Assembly (NCBI GenBank): GCA_944393235.1
Contig: CALXZJ010000002.1
Span: 1,739 to 65,738, forward strand
Reading direction: 5' to 3'
DNA: 64,000 nt
Source of the DNA: an uncultured Alphaproteobacteria bacterium
GTDB lineage: Bacteria; Pseudomonadota; Alphaproteobacteria; RF32; CAG-239
Under the pieces are notes generated by a model that worked only from the letters and a program-made list of their open reading frames with translations, did no database searches and had not been told where the DNA came from. Of the stretch, positions 38,215 through 48,300 are shown piece by piece (within the stretch, counting starts at the first letter, position 1; each line of letters starts with the position of its first letter). Made by a program: the position numbers and the translations under genes.

Positions 38215-38984
38215 TGGAACAAAAAATGAATAATCAACTGGGAAATGGCAACAATGTTTTAGCAATCACTGATGCAAATGCGCCCAAGCAGCAGTTTGCC
38301 TACATTACAGATGAAAGTCCGGAATTAAAAGGAGCTAAAGAAAGCTATTATTGCTGGTTATCCCGTTTGGTGATTTTGTTTGCCATATTATCGCTTGTTT
38401 TTTTCACCAGTGCTTCGTTGGTTTTGTTTCGTTTAGCGCCTGAAGTTACGGTAGAGCCGTTTTTAATCATTAGGCAAGACAGTTCCGATTCAATGGTTCG
38501 CTATGAGCCAATAGCCACCGATATGGCATCATCAAGACAGATGATGGAAAATTTCATTCGCCAATATGTTATTTTGCGCAACACGGTTTTAAACGACCAA
38601 CGCGAAATGCAAACGCGCTGGTTTGGTGGCGGCATGGTGGCTTATATGTCATCGCCTCAAGTTTTTGCTGAATTTAACCGGGATAGACAGAAAGAATTAA
38701 ACCAACTCATTCGGAACAGAGTTGTACGGGATGTTGAAATCATTTCCATTGGCAAGCTTGGCGGAGAAAAAAGCCCGGTATGGAAAGTAGACTTCCGCAC
38801 CTATGATTTATCGCCGGAAATTCGTAATGAAGCAAGTGGTAGCATGGTATTAGTCACCAAATATTGGACAGCATCCGTAACGGCATTTTTTATCCCCGAG
38901 CGTTTGTTTATGGCAAAGCGCCTGATGAATCCTTTGGGTTTCACGGTAACAAGATATTCTCAAACAGAAGTTGAAATTCTTTAA
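38214..38984 (+). CDS. virB8: VirB8-family T4SS protein (paralog 1)
   Basis: Bitopic: a cytoplasmic N-terminus, TM helix LVILFAILSLVFFTSASLVLF, then an NTF2-like periplasmic domain. The domain ends in the VirB8 hallmark NPLGFTVTRYSQ. Confidence 0.8.
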   Translation: MEQKMNNQLGNGNNVLAITDANAPKQQFAYITDESPELKGAKESYYCWLSRLVILFAILSLVFFTSASLVLFRLAPEVTVEPFLIIRQDSSDSMVRYEPIATDMASSRQMMENFIRQYVILRNTVLNDQREMQTRWFGGGMVAYMSSPQVFAEFNRDRQKELNQLIRNRVVRDVEIISIGKLGGEKSPVWKVDFRTYDLSPEIRNEASGSMVLVTKYWTASVTAFFIPERLFMAKRLMNPLGFTVTRYSQTEVEIL

Positions 38985-39130
38985 TTTATATTAATCTTTT
39001 TTATTTATGATAACATAAAACAGTCTTCTAACTTGTTGATAAGTTGGGGATGTATAAGCTTCATGTTAGACTTTTAAAAAGAAAGAGTTTAATGTGATAA
39101 TGTCTAGACATATATAAAAGGAACATTGCA

Positions 39131-39319
39131 ATGTATAAAAAAATTGTTTTACTGATTGCTATTCTGATTTTAACGGCATGCGGAATGTTCGGTTCATATT
39201 ATGAGCCGGAACCGGTTGGTATTGGTAAAGATGTAAATGAATTAAAGCTTTCCCCTTGTGCCTGCATTGAAATAGAATTGCCCAAAACATTGCCGGATTG
39301 GTTTGTGGCAACAATATAA
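39131..39319 (+). CDS. Small lipoprotein, VirB7-like by size and position
   Basis: 62 aa with the lipobox LILTAC. It lies between two virB8 genes and just upstream of virB9. Confidence 0.55.
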   Translation: MYKKIVLLIAILILTACGMFGSYYEPEPVGIGKDVNELKLSPCACIEIELPKTLPDWFVATI

Positions 39320-39344
39320 AAATTAAAGATATGGATGTGATAAT

Positions 39345-40094
39345 ATGGCAGACCGTTTAGGCATAAGCAATACAGAGCAGCGATTAATTGGAAACCGAAC
39401 CAATATGCCGCGTCAGGTTGTCCGCAAACCGCAGCCCCGCAATCGTCGGGAAGATGATGAAATTGTCGTCAATGCCAGTGAAAAAAGGTATTTGTGGACA
39501 GCGCGGGCTTTTGCTGTAATTGTTGCAATTAGTTTGTGCTGCAATCTGGTTTTAATTTTGGCAATTACGCAATTGCTGCCTTTATATCGCATTGAGCCTT
39601 TTCTTTTAACTTTTGAGAGCAAAGAAGAACAGGTTTATGATATTGTGCCGTTAACCAATATGGAAAATCAAAAAGCCATAACGGAAGTCTTTGTAAGAGA
39701 ATATGTTTTGTTAAGAAGTGCTTTTACAAACGATGTTCAAGAGATGGAATCTCGCTGGATGCCCGGAGGACCGTTGCAAGAAATGTCGTCATCAACGGTA
39801 TATCAAGCGTTTATTGACCGTACGGCAACTCAGGCTTTAGACATTATTAGAACACGTGGGCTCAACCGAATGGTGCGGATTATGACGGTCAATGAATTAA
39901 GCAAAGGTTTGTGGCAAGTTGAGTATGAAACCAGGGATATGTATCCGGATTCTGCTGCGCCTGAAATCAATTATTGGACGGCATCATTAAGAGTTGCCTA
40001 TCGTAAAAAAGTTGTAAAATATGGAGAACGTTTAAACAATCCGGTCGGCTTTACCGTAACCAGATATTCACTTTCGCATAACAAGGCGGAATAA
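39345..40094 (+). CDS. virB8: VirB8-family T4SS protein (paralog 2)
   Basis: Same architecture as paralog 1. Shared motifs are LLPLYRIEPFLLTF, FVREYVLLRS, YWTASLRVAY and NPVGFTVTRYS. Confidence 0.8.
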   Translation: MADRLGISNTEQRLIGNRTNMPRQVVRKPQPRNRREDDEIVVNASEKRYLWTARAFAVIVAISLCCNLVLILAITQLLPLYRIEPFLLTFESKEEQVYDIVPLTNMENQKAITEVFVREYVLLRSAFTNDVQEMESRWMPGGPLQEMSSSTVYQAFIDRTATQALDIIRTRGLNRMVRIMTVNELSKGLWQVEYETRDMYPDSAAPEINYWTASLRVAYRKKVVKYGERLNNPVGFTVTRYSLSHNKAE

Positions 40095-40114
40095 ACAAAA
40101 AGGTGTGATAAGAC

Positions 40115-41737
40115 ATGAAATGTTACCTAACAAAAATATTTTCTATTTTAGCTTTAGCAACAATACCGTTGTCCGCCAGAGGGCAGGCAACCATTGACAG
40201 CTTAAATCAAAATGCTGATCAGAGCCAAGGCATGTACCAACCAATGAACATTGGTTATACAGGCATTAGCTCATTAGGCATGATGCAAAGCGCTTGGTTG
40301 GATCCTCTGCAAAATTTGGGCGAAGGACAAAGCAAGCCGGCGTATTCCAAATATTACTGGTCGCCGGATTTAGTGCTTCCTGTTCGGTTACGCGAAGGAA
40401 TGATGACGTTGATTAATTTTCCGGAATGGGAATTGGTTGAAGACGTCTATATTGGCGATAGCAAAACCTTTGATGGCCGAATTTCAGGGCCAAGCACATT
40501 GCTTCTTTACCCAAAACAAGGCGCAATGGTCGGGGTTGATACCAACATTATCGTTTTCGGCCGGTCTGGAAACAAATATGTGTTTTATGCCCGTAGTGAA
40601 GGGGTAAATACAGAACGCTTAACCAACTCAATTATTGATGTTGAAGTGGTAGATTCCGGAAAAAATGGTAGTACCGTCGGAAGCCTTGGCAGCGGTTCCG
40701 GCGGCGGTCATGTCAATGCCAGTTCTTATCGTGGAGGAAATGAAAAATCGGTGGATTCAACGTTTACAAAGCGGTATCAAAAAGAAGATTGGATTCAAAG
40801 TATTCCGTTAGATCCTTCACAATTTCGCTTTGATATAGAAATTTATGTGCCAAATCCGGATGATGTGGTTATTGCGCCGGAACGTGTTTGGCATGATGAC
40901 ATCTTTACCTATATTGATTTGGGTGAAAAAGCTCTTAATATGATACAACGTCCGATTGTAACGCTGATTGTCGAAAGAATGGAAACGCCTGTCGGCTTTA
41001 GAACAAAAGGTCCAAACAACCGCCTGATTATTGTTGAAGGGGTTGGCGATATGGTTTTGCGCAACGGCAAACGTGTTGTCTGCTTAAAGATGCGTCGGGA
41101 TGATGCCGAAGGCTTGGACGATGTGACATATGCCGAAAGCAATGATTGGGATGTGCCGCCGGCTATTCCTGCAGGGAAAAAATCATCAGGGACGAGTGCT
41201 GGCGCTGCCGGTTACGGAGCGGGCGGCGTTCAGGGTTTTGGCAATGGATACCGCGCTTCAGGTGCATATAATGCTGATGGCGAAGTTGTCGGTGAAAACG
41301 TAGTCAAAGTTGGCTCAAAAGGTGAGTTATTACAGCCTGAATATGCTAAAGGAAACGGCAAAGACATTGATTATAGTAAAATGCACCGCCTGCCGCATCA
41401 AGGCAAAATGAGCGCAGAAGAGGAGGAAAAGCTCTTTGGAAACTACAAATATGGCAGTGGTTTTGAAGGAGATGACACGGCAAGCATTTCGGTTGAGTTG
41501 GGAACTGATGCAGACGTAAATAATTTGGAAAATCTTTGGAGCGAGCTGTCAAAGAAATATTCTGCGCTTTTAAGCCAATATCAGCCGTTTTACTCGGTTG
41601 ATGCACCGGCAGATGGGCAGGGTAAAGAATTGTTCCATTTAAGAATAGGGCCGGTTCAATCTATTGATGCCGGAGACAGTATTTGCAGCCAGCTTGGTCG
41701 TAATGGCGTTTTTTGCAGCGTTGTCAGAGTCCAATAA
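40115..41737 (+). CDS. virB9: VirB9/TrbG-family outer-membrane core protein with a Gly-rich linker and a C-terminal SPOR-like domain
   Basis: It has a signal peptide, then the VirB9 N-domain (YYWSPDLVLPVRLREGMMTLINFP...IVFGRSGNKYVFYARS) and C-domain (RFDIEIYVP...ERVWHDDIFTYIDLG...VVCL). The last ~85 aa are SVELGTDADVNNLENLWSELSKKYSALLSQYQPFYSVDAPADGQGKELFHLRIGPVQSIDAGDSICSQLGRNGVFCSVV. This fits the alphaproteobacterial SPOR pattern. Confidence 0.85.
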   Translation: MKCYLTKIFSILALATIPLSARGQATIDSLNQNADQSQGMYQPMNIGYTGISSLGMMQSAWLDPLQNLGEGQSKPAYSKYYWSPDLVLPVRLREGMMTLINFPEWELVEDVYIGDSKTFDGRISGPSTLLLYPKQGAMVGVDTNIIVFGRSGNKYVFYARSEGVNTERLTNSIIDVEVVDSGKNGSTVGSLGSGSGGGHVNASSYRGGNEKSVDSTFTKRYQKEDWIQSIPLDPSQFRFDIEIYVPNPDDVVIAPERVWHDDIFTYIDLGEKALNMIQRPIVTLIVERMETPVGFRTKGPNNRLIIVEGVGDMVLRNGKRVVCLKMRRDDAEGLDDVTYAESNDWDVPPAIPAGKKSSGTSAGAAGYGAGGVQGFGNGYRASGAYNADGEVVGENVVKVGSKGELLQPEYAKGNGKDIDYSKMHRLPHQGKMSAEEEEKLFGNYKYGSGFEGDDTASISVELGTDADVNNLENLWSELSKKYSALLSQYQPFYSVDAPADGQGKELFHLRIGPVQSIDAGDSICSQLGRNGVFCSVVRVQ

Positions 41738-41752
41738 TTAGGCAGGAGGATA

Positions 41753-44700
41753 ATGAGTAAAGAAGTCTTAACACATTCGGAAAGATATGTTCGTAAAACC
41801 AATCGCATTATTTTAATCATTGGTATAACGTCTTTTATTGTGTTTTTATTCGGACTTTTACTATTATTATCCAGCGGCACGCAAACAACGGAGTATGAAG
41901 AACCCGTTTTTACCGAAGACGACGATGCATTAAATTTAGGCAACAATGTTAACCCTTTAATGGACAACATAGAATTTGAAGATGTTGATGAGAGCGAACT
42001 TCCAATAACCACAACGCCTAATCCGGTTAATATGGGGCAGGTCGTTTTAGGAACTGAAGCTAAAAACGTGTTAACAATTGGAACCAACGGCAAGGCGGCT
42101 ATTCGCATTGTTTCTGTTAAATTGGCAGAACCGCCGTTTGAAGGGTTTACATTCAGCGATGGTTGTACAAGTGCTGAGCTTCGCGGTAACCAAACTTGCA
42201 ACATTACCATGAATTGGGCGCCGGTGGTGGCAGGCAATGTACAAAACAACTTTATTGTTTCGTGGCACGAAACTAATGTCAGCGCTCAAAATGCCAAAGC
42301 ACAAAAAATCCCGGTTGACGGCAATGCCGTTAGCAAGGAAGACTGTAATTTTTGCGCAACAGCTCCTGGCGCCGATTTGGGTGAAGGCATGGTCGTTCGT
42401 GATGAAGATGGCAATACAATCGGTTATATAACCCCGGATGGAAAAGCCGTAGATTTAAATGGCAATGAATTAGGGATAATCAACGCCGATAATCAAGTTG
42501 TTGACAAAGATGGCAGTATTATAGGTCGCGTAACTGCGGATGAAACCAAAACAAGAGTTGCTTATGGTCCAAATGGCGAAATTATAGGTTACATAGACGA
42601 AGATGGTTATGTCCGCGATGAAAACGGCAATATTATTGGTCGCGTTAATGAGAATGGATTGGTTGTTGATGAAAACGGCAATGTTATCGGCATTGCCGGA
42701 AACAAAAAGCTTATCTACGATGAAAACGGCAATGTCATCGGCTATGTTACGGCCGACGGGCAAGCTGTTGATTTTAACGGCAACCCTATCGGGCATCTGA
42801 ATGCTGATGGCAGCATCGTCGATGCAAATGGCAATATCATTGGCAAGGCTGTTGAAGCCGGCTATGTCTACGATGAAAATGGCAATATCATCGGCCGTGT
42901 GTTAGAAGATGGTACGGTTGTAGATATGGAAGGTAACGTTATTGGTCGCATGAACGAAAACGGTGAAGTCGTTGACATGAATGGCAACGTCATAGGTTAT
43001 GTCAGCCGTTCAGGACAAACAGCAATTGATGAAGAAGGTAATCCGATAGGTGTTGTTATGCCGGATAACTCCATCGTTGATGAAGAGGGCAATATTGTTG
43101 GTTATGTTGATGAAAATGGTGATGCCTATAAATTGACCAATGAAAAAATTGGCCAAAGCGGCGCATCACGACGGTTGTATTATGATGAAAACGGTAATGC
43201 AATAGGTTATATTGATGAAAACGGCAACATTATAGACTTTAACGGTAACAAAATAGGTCAAGTATTGTCTGATGGAACAGTTCTTGATGCCAATGGCAAC
43301 GTCATCGGAAAGATGTTGGAAGATGGCACCATTGTTGATGAAAACGGCAATGTCATCGGTCGTGCCGGAGAATATGTCAATTTAGCCCTTGATGAAAATG
43401 GTAATGTTATTGGCTATATCAATAGCAAAGGCGAGGTTATCGGCAAAAATGGCGAGGTGATTGGGTATGTTGACAAAGACGGCAATGTTATTAGCAATCA
43501 AGCCGTAAAAATCGGCGCAGTCGTTCAGACAGAATTAATACCGATAACGCCTGCCGGAACAATATTAGGAATGGTGTCGCCGACAGGAGAAATTATCAAT
43601 GAAAAAGGACAGAGTTTTGGTCGAATATTGCCCAACAGCCTCGTACGCGATGCCAACGGCTCAAAAATAATTGCAAGAGGTTTACAAGGCGGCACAATAG
43701 TAGGATGGGGCTGCAGCAATGTTGGTCAGCTTCATCAAGATGGAACAATAACCAAAAATGGTCAGGAAATGCCTTATAGCATTTATCCTGATGGCGGTGT
43801 TTATAACAATAACGGACAGTTTCTCGGCAATGTCGTTCCGACCGGACGCGTTTTTGACAACCAGTGCAATTATTTAGGAATGGCTAATGAACAAGGTATT
43901 GTACAGTCAGACGACAAACGTTATGTTGGCTGTGTCAATCCTGACGGCTCAGTTTTAAATGATAATGGAGATATTATCGGCAAAGTGGCACAATATAAAA
44001 TAGCCGTTAATGCTAAAGGGCAAATTATTGGCAGAATGTCCCCCGGTGGCACCATTATTTCCGGAGCTATGCTGCCCATAGGATGCAGCAATGTTGATGG
44101 TGAAGTCTTTGATGAAGAAGGTGCATACCAAGGGAAACTGGTCGAAAAGTTCTATGCGTTTGATTTAAATGGAACATATTTAAATACGTTTCAAAATGAC
44201 GGTTCGTTAAATTTAAAACAATATCCGGACGCCCGATTGTTTTTACATAAATACATTGTGAACAGCAACAATAAAATCATCGGTATGGCCTTTCCGGCAA
44301 GAAGCGTTGTTGTAAATGCCAATGGCGACATCTTGGGTCGATTGTTTGCCGACGGCAATATTTATAACGGGGACGGTGTCGTTGTTGATAAAATATATGG
44401 CGATGGCCTAAGCTTTTATACCGGAAATGTCGGAAAGATTTTGCCGTTAGGTGCAGTGGTTAACAACACGGGACAAAAGGTGGGCTTTGTAAACCCTGAT
44501 GGCAAAGTTTTAACCCGCTTTGGAGAATTTCTTGGTCGGGCTGATGCCAAAGGGCGTTGGCTAGATGCCAAAGGAGCATACGCCGGTGGTGTCGTACGCC
44601 AAGGTGCGGCGATTGGTTATGATGGATCCTATTTAGGATATGTTAAAGCTGACGGTAGCGTAGTGAATATGTCAGGAGATATTACCGGTTATGAAAGTGG

Positions 44701-45379
44701 CGATGGCTTGATTCTAGATAAAGAAGGAAAAGTGTTAGGCGAGGTTGTGCCAATGTCGCTCATGATAGATTTGTTTGGAAATTATAGCGGCTATACCAAT
44801 GAAATAGGGGATGTCTCGGATCTTTCAGATAAAATCATAACAGCAGTTTTGCCCGGTGGTTCAACAGACAAAGGAATAAGCGTTTTAAGAAGAGGCGTTG
44901 TTATAGATTTTGCCGGAAATATCATTGGAGCAGTTATGCCGGATGGCGTGGTTATTAACACACAAAATGTAAATATCGGCAAAGTTTATTCTGACGGAAA
45001 GGTGGTTAATACGGAAGGTCAGTTAATAGGCGAAATTGTTGCGGGAGATATTGTCATAAACAATCAAGATCAAGTTGCCGGATATGTTGGTTTTGACGGC
45101 AGTGTCAGAAATGGCGGCAATGTTGTGATTGGTAAGGTTTTATCTGGTGGCTTGGCAGTAGATAATCAAAATAATATTTTAGGAACGATTTATAAAATTG
45201 GCACGGCAATACTTTCAGATGATGGGCACTATGTTGGAAGATTGTCTGCTGATGGAAAAGTAATAAGCGCATCCGGCGAAAATATCGGTTATTTAAAAAA
45301 TAACGGCTCATTTGTAAATTTAGATAAAAAAGTGGCCGGCTATGCGTTACAAGATGTTGCGCAAAATCGGAGGAACTAA
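41753..45379 (+). CDS. Bitopic 1208-aa protein: TM anchor, Ig-like (ASH/DUF1573-like) module, then dozens of ~16-17-aa DxNGNxIG repeats
   Basis: GGAGGA RBS. The TM helix is IILIIGITSFIVFLFGLLLLL. The module VNMGQVVLGTEAKNVLTIGTNG...IRIVSVKL...CTSAELRGNQTCNITMNWAPV follows. After that come near-continuous repeats such as EDGTVVDMEGNVIGRMNENGEVVDMNGNVIGYV. It lies between virB9 and virB10. Confidence 0.75.
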   Translation: MSKEVLTHSERYVRKTNRIILIIGITSFIVFLFGLLLLLSSGTQTTEYEEPVFTEDDDALNLGNNVNPLMDNIEFEDVDESELPITTTPNPVNMGQVVLGTEAKNVLTIGTNGKAAIRIVSVKLAEPPFEGFTFSDGCTSAELRGNQTCNITMNWAPVVAGNVQNNFIVSWHETNVSAQNAKAQKIPVDGNAVSKEDCNFCATAPGADLGEGMVVRDEDGNTIGYITPDGKAVDLNGNELGIINADNQVVDKDGSIIGRVTADETKTRVAYGPNGEIIGYIDEDGYVRDENGNIIGRVNENGLVVDENGNVIGIAGNKKLIYDENGNVIGYVTADGQAVDFNGNPIGHLNADGSIVDANGNIIGKAVEAGYVYDENGNIIGRVLEDGTVVDMEGNVIGRMNENGEVVDMNGNVIGYVSRSGQTAIDEEGNPIGVVMPDNSIVDEEGNIVGYVDENGDAYKLTNEKIGQSGASRRLYYDENGNAIGYIDENGNIIDFNGNKIGQVLSDGTVLDANGNVIGKMLEDGTIVDENGNVIGRAGEYVNLALDENGNVIGYINSKGEVIGKNGEVIGYVDKDGNVISNQAVKIGAVVQTELIPITPAGTILGMVSPTGEIINEKGQSFGRILPNSLVRDANGSKIIARGLQGGTIVGWGCSNVGQLHQDGTITKNGQEMPYSIYPDGGVYNNNGQFLGNVVPTGRVFDNQCNYLGMANEQGIVQSDDKRYVGCVNPDGSVLNDNGDIIGKVAQYKIAVNAKGQIIGRMSPGGTIISGAMLPIGCSNVDGEVFDEEGAYQGKLVEKFYAFDLNGTYLNTFQNDGSLNLKQYPDARLFLHKYIVNSNNKIIGMAFPARSVVVNANGDILGRLFADGNIYNGDGVVVDKIYGDGLSFYTGNVGKILPLGAVVNNTGQKVGFVNPDGKVLTRFGEFLGRADAKGRWLDAKGAYAGGVVRQGAAIGYDGSYLGYVKADGSVVNMSGDITGYESGDGLILDKEGKVLGEVVPMSLMIDLFGNYSGYTNEIGDVSDLSDKIITAVLPGGSTDKGISVLRRGVVIDFAGNIIGAVMPDGVVINTQNVNIGKVYSDGKVVNTEGQLIGEIVAGDIVINNQDQVAGYVGFDGSVRNGGNVVIGKVLSGGLAVDNQNNILGTIYKIGTAILSDDGHYVGRLSADGKVISASGENIGYLKNNGSFVNLDKKVAGYALQDVAQNRRN

Positions 45380-45380
45380 A

Positions 45381-48300
45381 GTGTTTGAAAAAATAAAAAA
45401 AACAATATTATGGTTTAACATAAGCTTTGCTGCAATTTTGTTGGCAATTAAACCGGTTTACGCGCAAGAAATTACGGCAATAGATTTTAACGGTGATTTA
45501 ATCGGCAAAGTAATACCGGATGGCACGGTTATAAGTTTTGATAATGCCATAATTGGCAATGTTACGGCAGATAGCTTTATTGTTAATGCAAAAGGCGAGC
45601 TTATCGGCGGTGTGATTCCGCAAGGTATTGCGGTTGGCAACGACAACAAGTTGTTAGGCCGCGTTAACAATGATGGCTCTGTACGTCTTCCTTCCGGAAA
45701 AATTGTCGGCAAGGTTTTACCCAATGCCTTAGTCGTTGATGATTCCTATAATATACTTGGCTCGGTGCTATATCCTGGATTGGTTTATGATGATGCCGGC
45801 AAAACAATCGGTCGTTTAACCGGCGATGGCGCTTATATCAGTTTAGAGGGGCAAAACATCGGCTTTATTTCGCCGCTTGGATATGCCTATCGCAATACCG
45901 GAAATGGCTTTGTCCTGGACGGTAAATTAATTTCTTCCAAAATGGTCGTTTCGCCTGACGGAAACTTTATTGGCAGCTTAACACCTGGCGGCAAGGTCAC
46001 GGATTTTAATTCTAAAGATATAGGTTTTATTCACGCCAATGGATATGTTTATAATGACAATAATCAAATTGTCGGCAAAACAGTTTCCAATGGCTACGCT
46101 TTTGACAATTTAGGCAAATATTTAGGTTTGATTGCCTATAACGGTGAAGTCATTAATAACGGACAGACAGTTGCAAAATTTCGAGCCGACAACAAAATCA
46201 TTGATGAAAAAGGCAATGTTATTGGTTTTGCAGTAGATATTGCCGCAACAGCGACGGATTTACAAGGAAAATATCTTGGACGTCTTATGCCGGGCGGAAA
46301 AATTGCCCAAGCCCGTGAAGTCGTAGGTACAGTCGGAGCCAGAGGCTATATATGGAATAACGATGGTGAAATTATCGGACAAATCGTTAAAGCGGGGCCG
46401 GTTTTTGATTATCATGGAAATTTGGCAGCCCAGGCACTGCGTAATGGCACCATTATTTCCACCGGTGGTACCGTATTGGGATATGCTAAAAGCAATCAAG
46501 CCTATGATAATATAGGTAGGCTTTTAGGCGCCAGCATGGATAGCCGGTTGGTTTTTGATAACAGTAATAATTTTTTAGGGTTGAGCGGCATAGGTTCAGA
46601 TTTTATCAACAATGGCGCAAAACTTAAAATATCCCCCTTTGGTTATGTATATTCGGCAGACAATGTATTGGTCGGTCACACGATTGGTCTAGAAGCACTA
46701 TATGCAGAAAGTGGAAAAACCGAAGGATATGCTGGGATTAATGGCAATTTGGAAGGCATTCCGCAAGAACATAATTATAAATTAACACAATTTGGCACAA
46801 TCGTTGATAGCCAAAATGCTATGGTTGCTGCAAGTATTAATCCTTTGTTTGTTGTTGGTGAAAATGAAGAAGAATTAGGATATTTAGCAGAAAATAACTT
46901 GCTGATAAATAAAAAGCAAGAAGTTGTCGCTAAAATTTTACCGGAATACAAAGTTGTGTCAAGTTCTGCAAAGGTCAATGAGCAAACCATGCCGATTATC
47001 GGCTCAGTCGGGACATCCCCGCTTGCCATTGGCGTTAATGGCACCATGCTTGGTTATGTTGATTTGAAAGGTATTGTTCAAGATTATTCCGGCAACAAAA
47101 TCGGTGTCATGCTGGATGGTAATACAGTTGCTGATAATAATAATTCTATCATCGGACAAACAATAGATTTCAAAGCCATTGTCAATGATAAATGTGAATT
47201 TTTAGGAGTGGTCGGTTCCAAAGGCGATGTGCGCAACAATCGGGATATTATTTTAGGAAAAATATTAACCAACGACCAAGTGATTTCTGAAGTAGGTAAT
47301 GTAATAGGCTTTGGTGTTAAGTCGGGAAATATGATAGACTTTGAAGGAAAGCCGTTAGGCACGGTTAACACGCTTGGTCAAATTTTGAATTACGCACAAG
47401 AAAAATTAGGATGCATACGTAGTGACGGCAGATTTTACAATGCTGATGAACATTTTATCGGAAGCTTGGCACAGCCGGCTCCTGTAATGAATTTTGAAAA
47501 TATAATCATCGGCCGAAGTGATTTAAATAATCAATTAATCAACGATAAAAGTAAAACAATCGGATACATTCGTCCGGATAATACGGCAGTTTCTTTAGAA
47601 GGGGAAATTTTAGGAACATCGTTTAAGTATAAAGTTGCTTTTGATGATGAAAATAGTTTCTTGGGCAGAGTTGCAGAAAACGGCAATGTCGTCAGTGATA
47701 AAAATGATATATTAGGGCAGGTGCAATATGACGGCACGGTCGTTGCCGATAACAAACCGATAGGTTTTGCTTTATATGATTTTTATATCTATGATGAAAA
47801 CAACAAAACAATAGGCTATATAACCAGAGATGGTTTGGTCGTTAGTTTTTCCGGTGCGCGTTTAGGCAAAGCTGACAAAGGCTTTTTGGTTGATAAAAAT
47901 TATGTTTTAATCGGTCGCGGCAGCAGAGATTATTTTGTTCGTGATGAAAATAACAATGTGATTGGTGAGTTGTCATTAAACGGAGAAGTCATCAACACGG
48001 AAGGTAAAGTCATAGGCAATGTTTCTGCCAATGGTGAAGTCAGAGATTCTGAAGAAAAAGTCTTAGGCAGAGCTTGGGACTTACAGTACTATAATGTCAA
48101 CAAACCGGAACCGGTCAAACCGGCAGATTGGGCAACGCCTCCGACAAATCAGGGACAAATAAAAGTAGATGCCGTTCCGACACCACAGCCTGAAAGCCCT
48201 GGGGAGTATGGGCTCAAAGCCATAGGCATTGCTTTAACGCCGGACGGAAATTATTTAGGCGACATTTTAGCCAACAATGATGTTATAGATAAGGGGGGAA

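Noticed and set aside
41656-42249. 197-aa ORF on the - strand, and similar long antisense ORFs (31062..31592, 32738..33250, 30513..30944, 10727..11224, 8465..8920, 7105..7515, 22856..23515)
   Set aside because: Each lies fully inside a much longer opposite-strand gene that has clear motifs or coupling. They have low-complexity or odd composition and no RBS, so they are shadow ORFs.
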